Part shown: positions 20,340 through 29,718 of the stretch, piece after piece | How the letters are laid out: each line of letters begins with the position of its first letter | Numbering within the stretch: position 1 is the stretch's first letter | NCBI GenBank assembly: GCA_027003075.1 | Contig: JALWYV010000020.1 | Location: 902-64,901 of the forward strand | Direction of reading: 5' to 3' | Source of the DNA: a candidate division WOR-3 bacterium | GTDB taxonomy: Bacteria; Hydrothermota; Hydrothermia; LBFQ01 | Length of the DNA stretch: 64,000 nucleotides | Made by a program: the position numbers and the translations under genes | The notes under the pieces: generated by a model | The model's database searches: none | Told to the model about the DNA's origin: nothing | Seen by the model: only the letters and a program-made list of their open reading frames with translations

Positions 20340-21323
20340 ATGGGATACATGTGGGTGTTATATCTTTTGTTATTCGGGGTTTTGATTATAATATTGTTAA
20401 TTTCTCTTTTAATTTACACAATATACAAGAATTCGCATGTTTTTGATAGTGCCACGCTAGAAAATATTTTGGAAAATGTCATTTCCAAAATATGGATATC
20501 TTTAGGAATAAATAAAACCACAACTGAAATATCCATATATGCTGAGGAAATTAAGAAAATTGCATCAGGAATCAAAGAAGATATAAATACAAAAATAGGG
20601 GAAATTTCCACCTACACAAAAGAAATTAAAGATATACATAAAAATCTTGAAATAATGTTGAAATCTCCTGGGCCAAGAGGTGCTTTTGGTGAAATTGTTC
20701 TAGAACGTATATTACAGGATCACTTACCTCCTGACATGTATGAGATCCGAAAACAAATTCCCAACGGTAAGAAACCGGATGCTTACATAAAAACAATAGA
20801 GGGCATTATTTGTATAGATTCAAAATTTCCTCTTGAGAATTATATCAAAATGATTGAAAGTGAAGATGATAAAGAGCGTGAAAAATACAAAAAAGCATTC
20901 TTGAAGGATATAAAAGGGCATTTAATGAAGATAAAAGATAGTTATGTATCTCCAAGACACGGTACTTTGGACCTTGCTTTTGCATTTATACCATCTGAAA
21001 GTGTTTATTATTTTCTAATAAGCGAGGCGTATGATACCCTTAATGCCTTTATAAAAGACGGAGTCCATGTGGTGTCACCTCTTACGCTTGCGCACAAATT
21101 AGAACTGATAAAACTGGGAATTCATGCTAAAAAATTATCAAAGGAAGCGGAAAAGATTAGGGGTGTTATTTTATATCTTGGTGAAGAGTTTAACAAACTG
21201 GATAAAGAATGGAACACCTTGAACAACCATCTTAGGAATCTTTCAAACAAGGTACAACAAATAGGCGAAATTTATAATCAAATCAAAAAACAATTTGACG
21301 CTGTGAGGCAACAGTACAGTTAG
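20340..21323 (+). CDS. rmuC: DNA recombination protein RmuC homologue (low-GC)
   Basis: N-terminal TM, coiled coil, then RGAFGEIVLERIL...PDAYIKTIEGIICIDSKFPLENY RmuC nuclease-like core; about 30% GC. Confidence 0.75.
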   Translation: MGYMWVLYLLLFGVLIIILLISLLIYTIYKNSHVFDSATLENILENVISKIWISLGINKTTTEISIYAEEIKKIASGIKEDINTKIGEISTYTKEIKDIHKNLEIMLKSPGPRGAFGEIVLERILQDHLPPDMYEIRKQIPNGKKPDAYIKTIEGIICIDSKFPLENYIKMIESEDDKEREKYKKAFLKDIKGHLMKIKDSYVSPRHGTLDLAFAFIPSESVYYFLISEAYDTLNAFIKDGVHVVSPLTLAHKLELIKLGIHAKKLSKEAEKIRGVILYLGEEFNKLDKEWNTLNNHLRNLSNKVQQIGEIYNQIKKQFDAVRQQYS

Positions 21324-21970
21324 CTTCTCAACACCCCCTCTATCCTCCTCAGAACCTCCTCCACTTTCCCCACACCGTCCACCTCGTAGAAAATGCCCCT
21401 ATTCCTGTAGTAGTCTATCAGCGGAGCCGTACTCTCCCTGTACACCTTCAGCCTGTTCCTTATTACGTCCTCCCTGTCGTCTGACCTCTGCACCAGAGGG
21501 GTGCCGCATACGTCACAGATCTCGTCCCTCTTCGGAGGGTTATATATCATGTTGTAAACCGCACCGCAGTTGGGACATACACGACGGGCCGTCAGCCTCT
21601 TAACTATCTCCTCGTCCGGCACGTTGACGAATATAACGTGGCTCAGAGGCTTACCCCTTTCGGAAAGGAGTCTGTCCAGAGCCTCGGCTTGCTTCATAGT
21701 TCGGGGAAAACCGTCAAGGATGAAGGAGTCTACCCCCTGTATCTGCTCCTCTATAAGGCCGATTATGATATCGTCCGGCACCAGCTCCCCGGCATCCATG
21801 TACTTCTTTGCCTTCTTTCCCAGTTCCGTTCCCTTACGCACGGCCTCCCTGAGTATATCTCCTGTTGATATCTTCTTTATGCCGTACTTCTCAGACAGAA
21901 GGGAGGCCTGAGTTCCCTTACCGGCACCGGGGGGACCCAGAAAGACTATCCTATACCCGTTGTTCTCCAT
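21320..21970 (-). CDS. adk: Adenylate kinase (zinc-finger LID type)
   Basis: GPPGAGKGTQ P-loop; CPNCG...CDVCG lid. Confidence 0.9.
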   Translation of the reverse strand: MENNGYRIVFLGPPGAGKGTQASLLSEKYGIKKISTGDILREAVRKGTELGKKAKKYMDAGELVPDDIIIGLIEEQIQGVDSFILDGFPRTMKQAEALDRLLSERGKPLSHVIFVNVPDEEIVKRLTARRVCPNCGAVYNMIYNPPKRDEICDVCGTPLVQRSDDREDVIRNRLKVYRESTAPLIDYYRNRGIFYEVDGVGKVEEVLRRIEGVLRS

Positions 21971-23286
21971 GATCTTACCTTCGCTTTTCCGAGAAGGCTG
22001 TCGTACCTGTACATCACGAGGTAGGAGTTTATCTTCTGGAGCAGGTCAAGGGCCACACCCACGATGATGAGGAGCCTCGTTCCGCCGTAGTAAATAGGTA
22101 TGTTCATTGCCTTAGAAATATGGTACGGCACTATAGCGACGAGAGCGAAGAATATGGCGGCAGGGAAGATTATACGGGTCAGTATACGGTCAATGTACTC
22201 CGCTGTCTCCTCGCCTGCCCTTACACCGGGTATGAAGGCGCCACTGCGCTGGAGGTTATCCGCCACGTCCTTGGGGTTGAACATGATGGAGGTGTACAGA
22301 TAGGCGAAGAATATGATCAGGAAGGCGTAGGTCACATCGTAAAGCCACGTACCGGGCTGGAACATGGCCGCTATACCGGACATGAACTCCAGTTTACCTC
22401 CCCCACCCGTAAGCATGGTCTGGGGGAAAAGCAGGATACTCTGAGCGAAGATTATGGGCATCACGCCGGCCGTGTTGACCGTAAGGGGAAGGTACCCCGT
22501 CTGGGTGGTCGGACTTAACCCAACCGTCCTCTTGGCATAACTTATGGGGACCCTCCTCTGGACTTCCGTAACGGCGACCACCGCCCCGGTTATGAGGAGG
22601 AAGAACGTCAAGGCGAATATAAGGGCCGGCGTCTCTATCGCGCCGTTCTTCCAGAGGGTGTAGGTGGATATGATCTCGTTGGGTATGGATTCAAGTGAGC
22701 CAGCGAATATGAGAACGGAAGCACCGTTCCCTATACCCCTGTCGGTTATCTGCTCACCCATCCACATCAAAAGTATGGCACCACCCACCAGAGATATGAC
22801 TGTGGAGATCACGAAGAGAGGCCCGGGATTGGGAACTATGAGCTGACCGGAGGGACTGGGTGGAAGGTTCGTGAGGAACGTGGTTATACCGATAGCCTGA
22901 ATGGTGGATATGGCCACGGTGAGCCACCGGGTATAACGGGTTAGTATTCGCCTTCCGGCTTCACCTTCCCTCTGAAGCCTCTCAAAGTAGGGAACCGTGG
23001 CGGCCAGCAGCTGGATTACGATAGAGGCAGAGATGTAGGGCATTATTCCGAGGCCGAAGATAGCGGCACGCGACAGGGCACCACCGGCGAAGATGTCAAA
23101 CATGCCGAAGGCCGTGTTGGCGAGGGCCTGACGGAAGTACTCAACGAGGGCGTGGGAGTTCACACCCGGAACGGGTATATGCGTGCCGACACGGTAGAAG
23201 AAGAGGATGATGAGCGTAAAGAGTATCCTATCCCTGAGTTCCTTTATCTCCCACAGACCGCTCAGGGACCTCCACAGCCTCTCCAT
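21946..23286 (-). CDS. secY: Preprotein translocase subunit SecY
   Basis: Full-length 10-TM SecY. Confidence 0.9.
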   Translation of the reverse strand: MERLWRSLSGLWEIKELRDRILFTLIILFFYRVGTHIPVPGVNSHALVEYFRQALANTAFGMFDIFAGGALSRAAIFGLGIMPYISASIVIQLLAATVPYFERLQREGEAGRRILTRYTRWLTVAISTIQAIGITTFLTNLPPSPSGQLIVPNPGPLFVISTVISLVGGAILLMWMGEQITDRGIGNGASVLIFAGSLESIPNEIISTYTLWKNGAIETPALIFALTFFLLITGAVVAVTEVQRRVPISYAKRTVGLSPTTQTGYLPLTVNTAGVMPIIFAQSILLFPQTMLTGGGGKLEFMSGIAAMFQPGTWLYDVTYAFLIIFFAYLYTSIMFNPKDVADNLQRSGAFIPGVRAGEETAEYIDRILTRIIFPAAIFFALVAIVPYHISKAMNIPIYYGGTRLLIIVGVALDLLQKINSYLVMYRYDSLLGKAKVRSWRTTGIG

Positions 23287-23287
23287 T

Positions 23288-23737
23288 TTACTCTATCCTC
23301 CCACCCGCCTTCTCTATCTTCTCCCGAGCGGTCCGGGAAAAGGCGTGAATACCCTTAAATACCAGAGCCTTCGTGATCTCACCCTTTGCCAGAATCTTTA
23401 TAAGCTTACCCTCAAGTTTCCCTTTTATCAGCCCCTTTTCCTTCAGGGTCTGCGGGCTTACCTCTTCCCCTTCCTCAAACTTAATCTCTATCTGGGAGAG
23501 GTTAACCACGTCGTACACCTTCGCAAAGGGGTTGGTAAAGCCCCTCTTGGGAATCCGCCTGTAAATGGGGGTCTGACCACCTTCAAACCATATAGGTTTC
23601 GTTCCACCGGAACGGGACTTCTGACCCTTATGCCCTCGACCAGCCGTTTTACCGTGGCCGGAACCGGGGCCCCGTCCCACCCTTTTCCTTCTCTTCTTGG
23701 CTCCGGGGTTTGGACTCAAATTGGAGAGCGTAAACAT
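23288..23737 (-). CDS. rplO: 50S ribosomal protein L15
   Basis: [28 protein letters not shown] signature. Confidence 0.9.
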   Translation of the reverse strand: MFTLSNLSPNPGAKKRRKRVGRGPGSGHGKTAGRGHKGQKSRSGGTKPIWFEGGQTPIYRRIPKRGFTNPFAKVYDVVNLSQIEIKFEEGEEVSPQTLKEKGLIKGKLEGKLIKILAKGEITKALVFKGIHAFSRTAREKIEKAGGRIE

Positions 23738-23825
23738 AGGCGGGTATTATACTGGTGTTGGACATCTTACGTAGGGTACGGACGGAAAGGATGAATTTAC
23801 CCCGCCGTCCATAGAATGCACAGCT

Positions 23826-25808
23826 ATGCTGCCTGGCATAGTTTCCCTCACGCTCCAGCCCGTGAAGATAAGACACCCGGAGGAGATCCGTCGCCTGAGT
23901 GACACCCTCTCCCCCTACCGTCTGGCCAGAGTACTCCCGGATATGGACCCACAGCCGGAGGACTCCGCCCTCGTATGGATAGGATACACCCCGGATGAAC
24001 TCGTAGTCTACGCCCGCCTTTACCAGAGGGGAATAAACGCTAACAGCAGGAGAAGGGACGCACCGACCCTCATGAGAGGGAGGGAGGACCACATTAAGGT
24101 AATACTGAATACGAAGGGTTGGGGAATGGTCTCGCCTTACTATGCGGTACTGGTTAACCCCCTCGGTACGGTTGCAGACAGGTACGGACACTCCCAGTGG
24201 GACGGTGAGAATTACGCCGAAGCCCGAATCCACGACTGGGGGTGGGAGGTCCTGCTGAAGATATCCTTCTCCACACTTGACTACACCCGGAAGCCCTGGG
24301 CCATAAACGTGACACGTACGATAATATTAAAGTCCGAGCTTCAGATGCTCTCGCCCAACCTCAGGGGAGATCCCGAACACGACGCCAGACTCGTACTTGA
24401 CTGGAATTACATAAAACCGAAGAAGGGGGTAGAGGTCGTACTCATACCATCGTTCCGTCTTCAGAGTGAGGCGGACAGCTCGTGGAATGGTGACCTGAGC
24501 AGAAGGGAGATCCAGCCAACGGCCGGCATAACGTCCCGGGTAAAGAGAGGGCAGAACGAGCTTTTAGACGCGACCCTACTGCCGGATTTCTCGGACGTTG
24601 ACGTGGACATAGTGGAGTTCAGTCTTAGCAGGCTACCCGTTGACTATCCGGAAAAGAGACCTTACTTCACGGAGGGGAGAACGTACGCTCCGGAGGGGCG
24701 TCTGATACGCACCCGCAACCTGATACAGCCCCTTTTCGGTGTGAAGTTCTACTCCGCGAGGGAAAGGAACGACGTTTACCTTAACACCCTCAAAGACGTA
24801 TACCTCGGTTCCGTTGCCTTCGGTAAGGCCACATGGAGGCCCCTGAAGGAACTCTCCCTTTCCTCATCTTTCGTTATAACGGACAGTGCGAACTATCAGG
24901 TCTTCGGGGGTCGGGGAACGTACTATTTCAGGCCCCTGAATCTCAATTTCTCCTCCTCGTTTTACCGGAACTTTCCGGAGGATGCGGGCAGGTTCTCCGC
25001 GAGCCTTGAAAGACACCTTGAGAAGGGCCTGTCCTTCGTACTCTGGTATTCCCGAATCGGTGAGGGCTTTCTATCACCCTTCAACGTGAGGGCCATCAAC
25101 TTTGATAACAACGAGGCGAGGGGTGGATGGATGGGCTACAACGACTACCTCAAACTCTACGGCAATACGCTCTCCTACGAGGCGGGGATCCATTACAGGT
25201 TCAACAGGGAGATCGGGGGTGTCGTCCTGAGCGAGAACTTCGGAGGGTACTACCACCTCCTGATGGTCCCCTGGACCCTCAACGGCTCCTTCACCGTGGC
25301 CTACTACGGCTACTTAAAGTACCTGTACGGGTACGATAGGCTGTACGGTATAGACGACTTCACGGCCCGATACGCCGAGATGAGCCTTCCGGGGTACTTC
25401 AGGTCGGAATGGCAAACGGCCTCTTTAAGCGTCGGTTTCGGTGAGTACCTCGGCCATCCCATGCGTTCCTACACGGCTTCCTTACGGGTATCACCTTTCG
25501 GAGTGAACACCGGACTTGTGGTGTACGTTTACAGGACGATCCTTGACGACCTGAGGATGATCCAGTACTACGGCGAGGTCCCTCTACCCTTCGGCGTGAT
25601 CCTCAAACCCTACCTGAACTACACGGAAGATGTGAAATGGGATTACTCCTACCTTGAGGGAAACTTCGTCCTCCTCTGGGAACCACGGCCTCTAACGGGC
25701 GTTTACCTCGCCGTCAACAAGAGGCTCGTGGGGGACACTCCGAAGGCTCTCCATCACGTGCACGAAAAGGAGGTCTTCAAGGTTCAGGTTCGCTGGAAGG
25801 TCTGGTAG
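23826..25808 (+). CDS. Hypothetical large aromatic-rich protein (possible outer-membrane/carbohydrate-binding protein)
   Basis: 660-aa ORF, coding-like; no confident family. Confidence 0.45.
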   Translation: MLPGIVSLTLQPVKIRHPEEIRRLSDTLSPYRLARVLPDMDPQPEDSALVWIGYTPDELVVYARLYQRGINANSRRRDAPTLMRGREDHIKVILNTKGWGMVSPYYAVLVNPLGTVADRYGHSQWDGENYAEARIHDWGWEVLLKISFSTLDYTRKPWAINVTRTIILKSELQMLSPNLRGDPEHDARLVLDWNYIKPKKGVEVVLIPSFRLQSEADSSWNGDLSRREIQPTAGITSRVKRGQNELLDATLLPDFSDVDVDIVEFSLSRLPVDYPEKRPYFTEGRTYAPEGRLIRTRNLIQPLFGVKFYSARERNDVYLNTLKDVYLGSVAFGKATWRPLKELSLSSSFVITDSANYQVFGGRGTYYFRPLNLNFSSSFYRNFPEDAGRFSASLERHLEKGLSFVLWYSRIGEGFLSPFNVRAINFDNNEARGGWMGYNDYLKLYGNTLSYEAGIHYRFNREIGGVVLSENFGGYYHLLMVPWTLNGSFTVAYYGYLKYLYGYDRLYGIDDFTARYAEMSLPGYFRSEWQTASLSVGFGEYLGHPMRSYTASLRVSPFGVNTGLVVYVYRTILDDLRMIQYYGEVPLPFGVILKPYLNYTEDVKWDYSYLEGNFVLLWEPRPLTGVYLAVNKRLVGDTPKALHHVHEKEVFKVQVRWKVW

Positions 25809-25839
25809 GGGAGCTTTCGCTTTCACGTCCGGATGGCCC

Positions 25840-25950
25840 CTTACCTTTCGGCTCCGAGGGTTTCCCCTTTCCGTAAGGTCTTCGCCCTCTCCTCCTTCCC
25901 CTGCCCTTCTTCCCCTTACCCTCTCCTTTTCCGGCTCCCCCACCTATCAA
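25840..25950. repeat. Polypyrimidine (C/T) tract about 110 nt
   Basis: Plus strand almost exclusively C/T; opposite strand yields Gly/Lys/Arg low-complexity ORF 25777..25974. Confidence 0.6.
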
Positions 25951-26039
25951 TCCTCCCGGACCGATTATAAACACGCTCCATTATACGGCCGATGGACGCT
26001 CCCGCGACACGTTCGGGTCGGCCTTAAAATAGTGTCGCT

Positions 26040-26399
26040 ATGATAGCGATGCTTTTAAGCTGGATGTGGATAACGCCCGAATGGCTCCACGGCTACATCC
26101 AGAAGAAGGGGAAGGCCATAATAATAGACGTACGCACCCCGCGGGAGCATGCCATGGGGTACATCCCCGGCACCGACCTCCTCATACCCCACAACCAGAT
26201 AGCCCGCCGCATATCCGAGATAAAGGCCGACCCTGAGAAGGACACCGTGATCGTGTACTGCCGCTCCGGTAACAGGAGCACCTTTGCCGCCCGTATCCTT
26301 GAAGCCAGGGGCTTTAAGCACGTCCTTAACCTGAAGGGGGGTATACGGGCGTGGAAGGCCAAAGGATACGAGGTGGAAAGGAAAAATAACAGGAGGTAA
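26040..26399 (+). CDS. Rhodanese-domain sulfurtransferase
   Basis: Active-site loop YCRSGNRS. Confidence 0.8.
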   Translation: MIAMLLSWMWITPEWLHGYIQKKGKAIIIDVRTPREHAMGYIPGTDLLIPHNQIARRISEIKADPEKDTVIVYCRSGNRSTFAARILEARGFKHVLNLKGGIRAWKAKGYEVERKNNRR

Positions 26400-26402
26400 A
26401 CC

Positions 26403-26606
26403 ATGAAGTGTAACGTGGGTAAGACGGATCGCATAATCAGGGCGATCCTCGGTATAGTGTTTCTGGGGCTGGCCTTCGGCCTCGGTCTCGCCGGGATAAC
26501 GAAGATCATCCTCGTAGTCCTCGGAGCGATAATGCTCTTCACGGCGGCCGTCGGCTTCTGCCTCCTCTACCTTCCGCTCGGCGTAAACACCTGCAGGAGG
26601 GAGTAG
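26403..26606 (+). CDS. DUF2892 (YgaP-like) small membrane protein
   Basis: Two-TM 67-aa protein of the type commonly paired with rhodanese. Confidence 0.65.
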   Translation: MKCNVGKTDRIIRAILGIVFLGLAFGLGLAGITKIILVVLGAIMLFTAAVGFCLLYLPLGVNTCRRE

Positions 26607-26632
26607 GACGGCTCTCCTGTGGAGTCTTCTGA

Positions 26633-26677
26633 ATCCCACCCCCGATAAACTCCAGCATCTGGGGGTGGGATTTTTTA
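26633..26677 (+). terminator. Rho-independent terminator (11-bp stem ATCCCACCCCC/GGGGGTGGGAT, T6)
   Basis: Seen in sequence downstream of the DUF2892 gene. Confidence 0.55.
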
Positions 26678-26883
26678 CTTACACCCTGACCTATGCGACC
26701 ACTCAGAGGGGTACCGTAAGTCTGGGGGTAGTCGTAACCGCAGGTTCGTCAAAGGAGCTCTACGACCTCTACACCCGCAGGGGACACCCGGAGGTGTCCG
26801 ACCTCCTATGGACGGTGTTAGGAGGGCTGGCAGGGTTCATTATTACAAATGGGAAGTACGTTTCTGACTTACAATAGCCGCCT

Positions 26884-28383
26884 ATGTTTCCCAATTTAAG
26901 GCGCAACCTTACGAGGGCCACACTTATAGAGGAAGCCGTAAAAAACGGTTACGGATTGCTGGCCGACTTCGGTGCTATAGTAGTGGATACGAGACCTTAC
27001 ACGGGGAGATCCCCTAAGGACAGGTTCTTCGTGAAGGACGATTTCACAGAGTCCCTTATACACTGGAGTGACATAAACGTTCCAGTATCTCCGGAGGTTT
27101 ACGAGCGCCTCAGGCGCAAGGTGATAGGGTACCTGTTCGGAAAGACCGTGTACCTTCAGCAGGTATACGCGGGTGCGCATCCCGATCACCGGGTAAACAT
27201 TGAGGTCTATACCGAAGGACCGGTACACTCCCTCTTCGTCCGTAACATGTTCCTGATACCTGAATCTTACGAAGGTTTCAAGCCCTTTATAAGGATCTTC
27301 CACGCCCCGTACCTGAAGGCCAACCCGGAGGAGGACGGGACCAGGAGCGAGGCATTCATTATCCTGAACTTTAAGCGGAGGGAGTTTATAATCGGTGGCA
27401 CATCGTACGCTGGCGAGATAAAGAAAGCCGTTTTCACCTTCCTCAACTATTACTATCCCCACGAGCACGGCGTCCTTTCTATGCACTCCGGCGCCAACAT
27501 GGGTAAGGAGAAGAAGGACGTGGCCGTATTCTTTGGCCTCTCCGGTACGGGAAAGACCACCCTTTCCACGGATCCCGAGAGACCGATCATAGGGGACGAC
27601 GAGATAGGTTGGGCGGACGATGGAGTCTTCAACTTTGAGGGAGGGTGCTACGCGAAGGTGATCCGACTCAACCCGAAGTACGAACCGGGTATATATAAGG
27701 CCTCAACCCGATTTGGGGCAATCCTTGAGAACGTGGTTATGGATCCGGAAACGAGGCAGGTGGACTTCAACTCGGCCGAGAAGACGGAAAATACCCGGTC
27801 ATCCTATCCCCTTGAGTTCCTTGATAACGTGGTACCCGACGGGAGAGGAGGCCATCCGAAGAACATATTCTTCCTCTCCCTTGATGCCTACGGCGTACTT
27901 CCCCCTCTGGCCAAACTTGACGGGGATCAGATAAAACTCTACTTTCTCGCCGGGTACACGTCCAAGATAGCCGGAACGGAGAGGGGCATAAAGGAGCCTC
28001 AACCCACCTTCTCCATAGGGTTTGCCGAGCCTTTCCTTCCCCTCCACCCCCGCGTATACGCCGACATGCTCTTTGAGAAGGTGCAGAAACACGGTACGTC
28101 CGTCTGGCTCGTTAATACCGGCTGGGTAAAGGGTCCCTACGGCGAGGGGGAGAGGATACCCCTACCCTACACCCGGCGCCTCGTCAACGCCGCCATCAAC
28201 GGCGAGATAGAGGAGTACGAGCGGGAACCCCACTTTGGCCTTCTGGTGCCGAAGAAGGTGGAGGGGGTGCCTTCGGAACTCCTGTACCCGGAGAGGGCGT
28301 GGAAGGATAAGGAGAGGTACAGGGAACTCGCCCAGAAGATAAGGAAACTCCTTGAGGAGAACGCCCACCGCTGGTTAAGATAA
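26884..28383 (+). CDS. pckA: Phosphoenolpyruvate carboxykinase (ATP)
   Basis: FFGLSGTGKTTLSTD kinase-1a motif and full-length similarity. Confidence 0.9.
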   Translation: MFPNLRRNLTRATLIEEAVKNGYGLLADFGAIVVDTRPYTGRSPKDRFFVKDDFTESLIHWSDINVPVSPEVYERLRRKVIGYLFGKTVYLQQVYAGAHPDHRVNIEVYTEGPVHSLFVRNMFLIPESYEGFKPFIRIFHAPYLKANPEEDGTRSEAFIILNFKRREFIIGGTSYAGEIKKAVFTFLNYYYPHEHGVLSMHSGANMGKEKKDVAVFFGLSGTGKTTLSTDPERPIIGDDEIGWADDGVFNFEGGCYAKVIRLNPKYEPGIYKASTRFGAILENVVMDPETRQVDFNSAEKTENTRSSYPLEFLDNVVPDGRGGHPKNIFFLSLDAYGVLPPLAKLDGDQIKLYFLAGYTSKIAGTERGIKEPQPTFSIGFAEPFLPLHPRVYADMLFEKVQKHGTSVWLVNTGWVKGPYGEGERIPLPYTRRLVNAAINGEIEEYEREPHFGLLVPKKVEGVPSELLYPERAWKDKERYRELAQKIRKLLEENAHRWLR

Positions 28384-28387
28384 AAGT

Positions 28388-28409
28388 GTCCCCGCCGCAG
28401 GGCGGGGAC
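28388..28409. terminator. 9-bp perfect hairpin GTCCCCGCC-gcag-GGCGGGGAC between convergent pckA and Ig-like gene
   Basis: Seen in sequence; no T tract on plus strand, short T-rich run on minus. Confidence 0.4.
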
Positions 28410-28432
28410 GAGGTGGGAACGTGCTCTAAAAG

Positions 28433-29224
28433 TTACTTTTTACGTTTACGTCTGCTCTTTTTTGGTTTACCCTTAACCACGACCATGGCCTTTGCGGATA
28501 TCACCTTACCGTCCTTCCCCCTGACACGGGCTACCACCACCGTGCGACCCGGTCTGAGGGCGACGAAGAGGCCTTCATCCGTTATCCTGCCCACGCGCTG
28601 GTTAACGACGTACCATTCTACTTTACCGCTGTACTCTCCGGAGAGATTGAACTGTACGGCGTCTCCTACTCTAAGCCGGGTAAACCTCGGAGTTATCGTT
28701 ATGCTCGTATCCTCGTCCACAACTATCAGGCGTATGGGAAACTCCCTTACGACCACGTTCCCCCTCACTATGTGGACCTGAATTATTCCCCTCCCTTCGC
28801 TGAGTCCCTCAACGGAGTCACCTACGATCTTGGCGATCCAGCGGGGTTTTACGAACCACTTGACCTCGTGTCCCTTCGGGACGTCAACCTTTGGCAGGGC
28901 TATCTTCTCCCCGACTCTCAGGACCATGAGCCGTTTCGGTGGCCGCATCTCTCCCCGTTTCCGGTCCGACACCACCGCCACGATCACCCTCTTATTGTCT
29001 CTGTACCTGCATCCGACGAGGCTTCTGCCCACCTCAACGCCTATGAGACGGTTGCTGGCTGCCTTTATGGACTTTCCTTTTATAACGCTGCATTTGGGCT
29101 TTACCCTCTTTTTTTCTCCCTTCTGTACGAGGAATGCAGGCACCTCTACCGTATCGCCCACGGCAAGGAACACCCTCGCCGGCATAACCAGTTTCGCGGC
29201 TGTTAGAGTTATCCAGATCATCAC
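28433..29224 (-). CDS. Bacterial Ig-like (BIG2-type) domain protein, Lys/Arg-rich C-terminus
   Basis: GEYSGKVEWYVVNQRVGRITDEGLFVALRPGRTVVVARV Ig-like group-2 pattern. Confidence 0.5.
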   Translation of the reverse strand: MMIWITLTAAKLVMPARVFLAVGDTVEVPAFLVQKGEKKRVKPKCSVIKGKSIKAASNRLIGVEVGRSLVGCRYRDNKRVIVAVVSDRKRGEMRPPKRLMVLRVGEKIALPKVDVPKGHEVKWFVKPRWIAKIVGDSVEGLSEGRGIIQVHIVRGNVVVREFPIRLIVVDEDTSITITPRFTRLRVGDAVQFNLSGEYSGKVEWYVVNQRVGRITDEGLFVALRPGRTVVVARVRGKDGKVISAKAMVVVKGKPKKSRRKRKK

Positions 29225-29271
29225 CGATTAGACTCAGGGATGTTCCACAACGGCCTTAAGATACGGGCGCA

Positions 29272-29685
29272 ATGTTTATGGACCCCACTCTGGCGGTGTT
29301 GTACTTTTCACTATCCTACCTCGGTACGCCTTACAGGTACGGTGGAACGGATTCAACGGGGTTTGACTGTAGCGGCTTCGTGGGTACCGTACTCAGGAAG
29401 TTCGGCTATTCACCTCCCCGTACGGCCAGCGCCATGGCGAGGTGGGCGAAACCCGTTCCGATTGATAGCATGAGACCGGGAGACCTGCTCTTCTTTGATT
29501 ACTACAAGAAACCCATAGGACACGTCGGCATATACCTTGGCAACGGCAAGATGATACACGCCTCCTCAAAGAGGGGTGTGGTAATAGACGACCTCAGATG
29601 GCACAGGAAACACTTAGTTAAGGTGGGGCGTGTCCCCCTTCCCCTGCGGATAGCCTCCACGTTTGACGTACCGGAGGACCTCTGA
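29272..29685 (+). CDS. NlpC/P60 (C40) peptidoglycan endopeptidase
   Basis: YRYGG...GFDCSGFV...GHVGIYLGNGKMIHAS catalytic Cys/His arrangement. Confidence 0.85.
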   Translation: MFMDPTLAVLYFSLSYLGTPYRYGGTDSTGFDCSGFVGTVLRKFGYSPPRTASAMARWAKPVPIDSMRPGDLLFFDYYKKPIGHVGIYLGNGKMIHASSKRGVVIDDLRWHRKHLVKVGRVPLPLRIASTFDVPEDL

Positions 29686-29718
29686 CCGTACCGGTACAAC
29701 GGCAATAGAATAAGCAAC

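Noticed and set aside
25777-25974. 65-aa Gly/Lys/Arg-rich ORF
   Set aside because: Produced by the polypurine strand of a C/T tract; low complexity; not called as a gene, but the tract is kept as a finding
26665-26877. 70-aa ORF between the DUF2892 terminator and pckA
   Set aside because: Starts inside the terminator hairpin and has no recognisable features; probably non-coding leader of pckA
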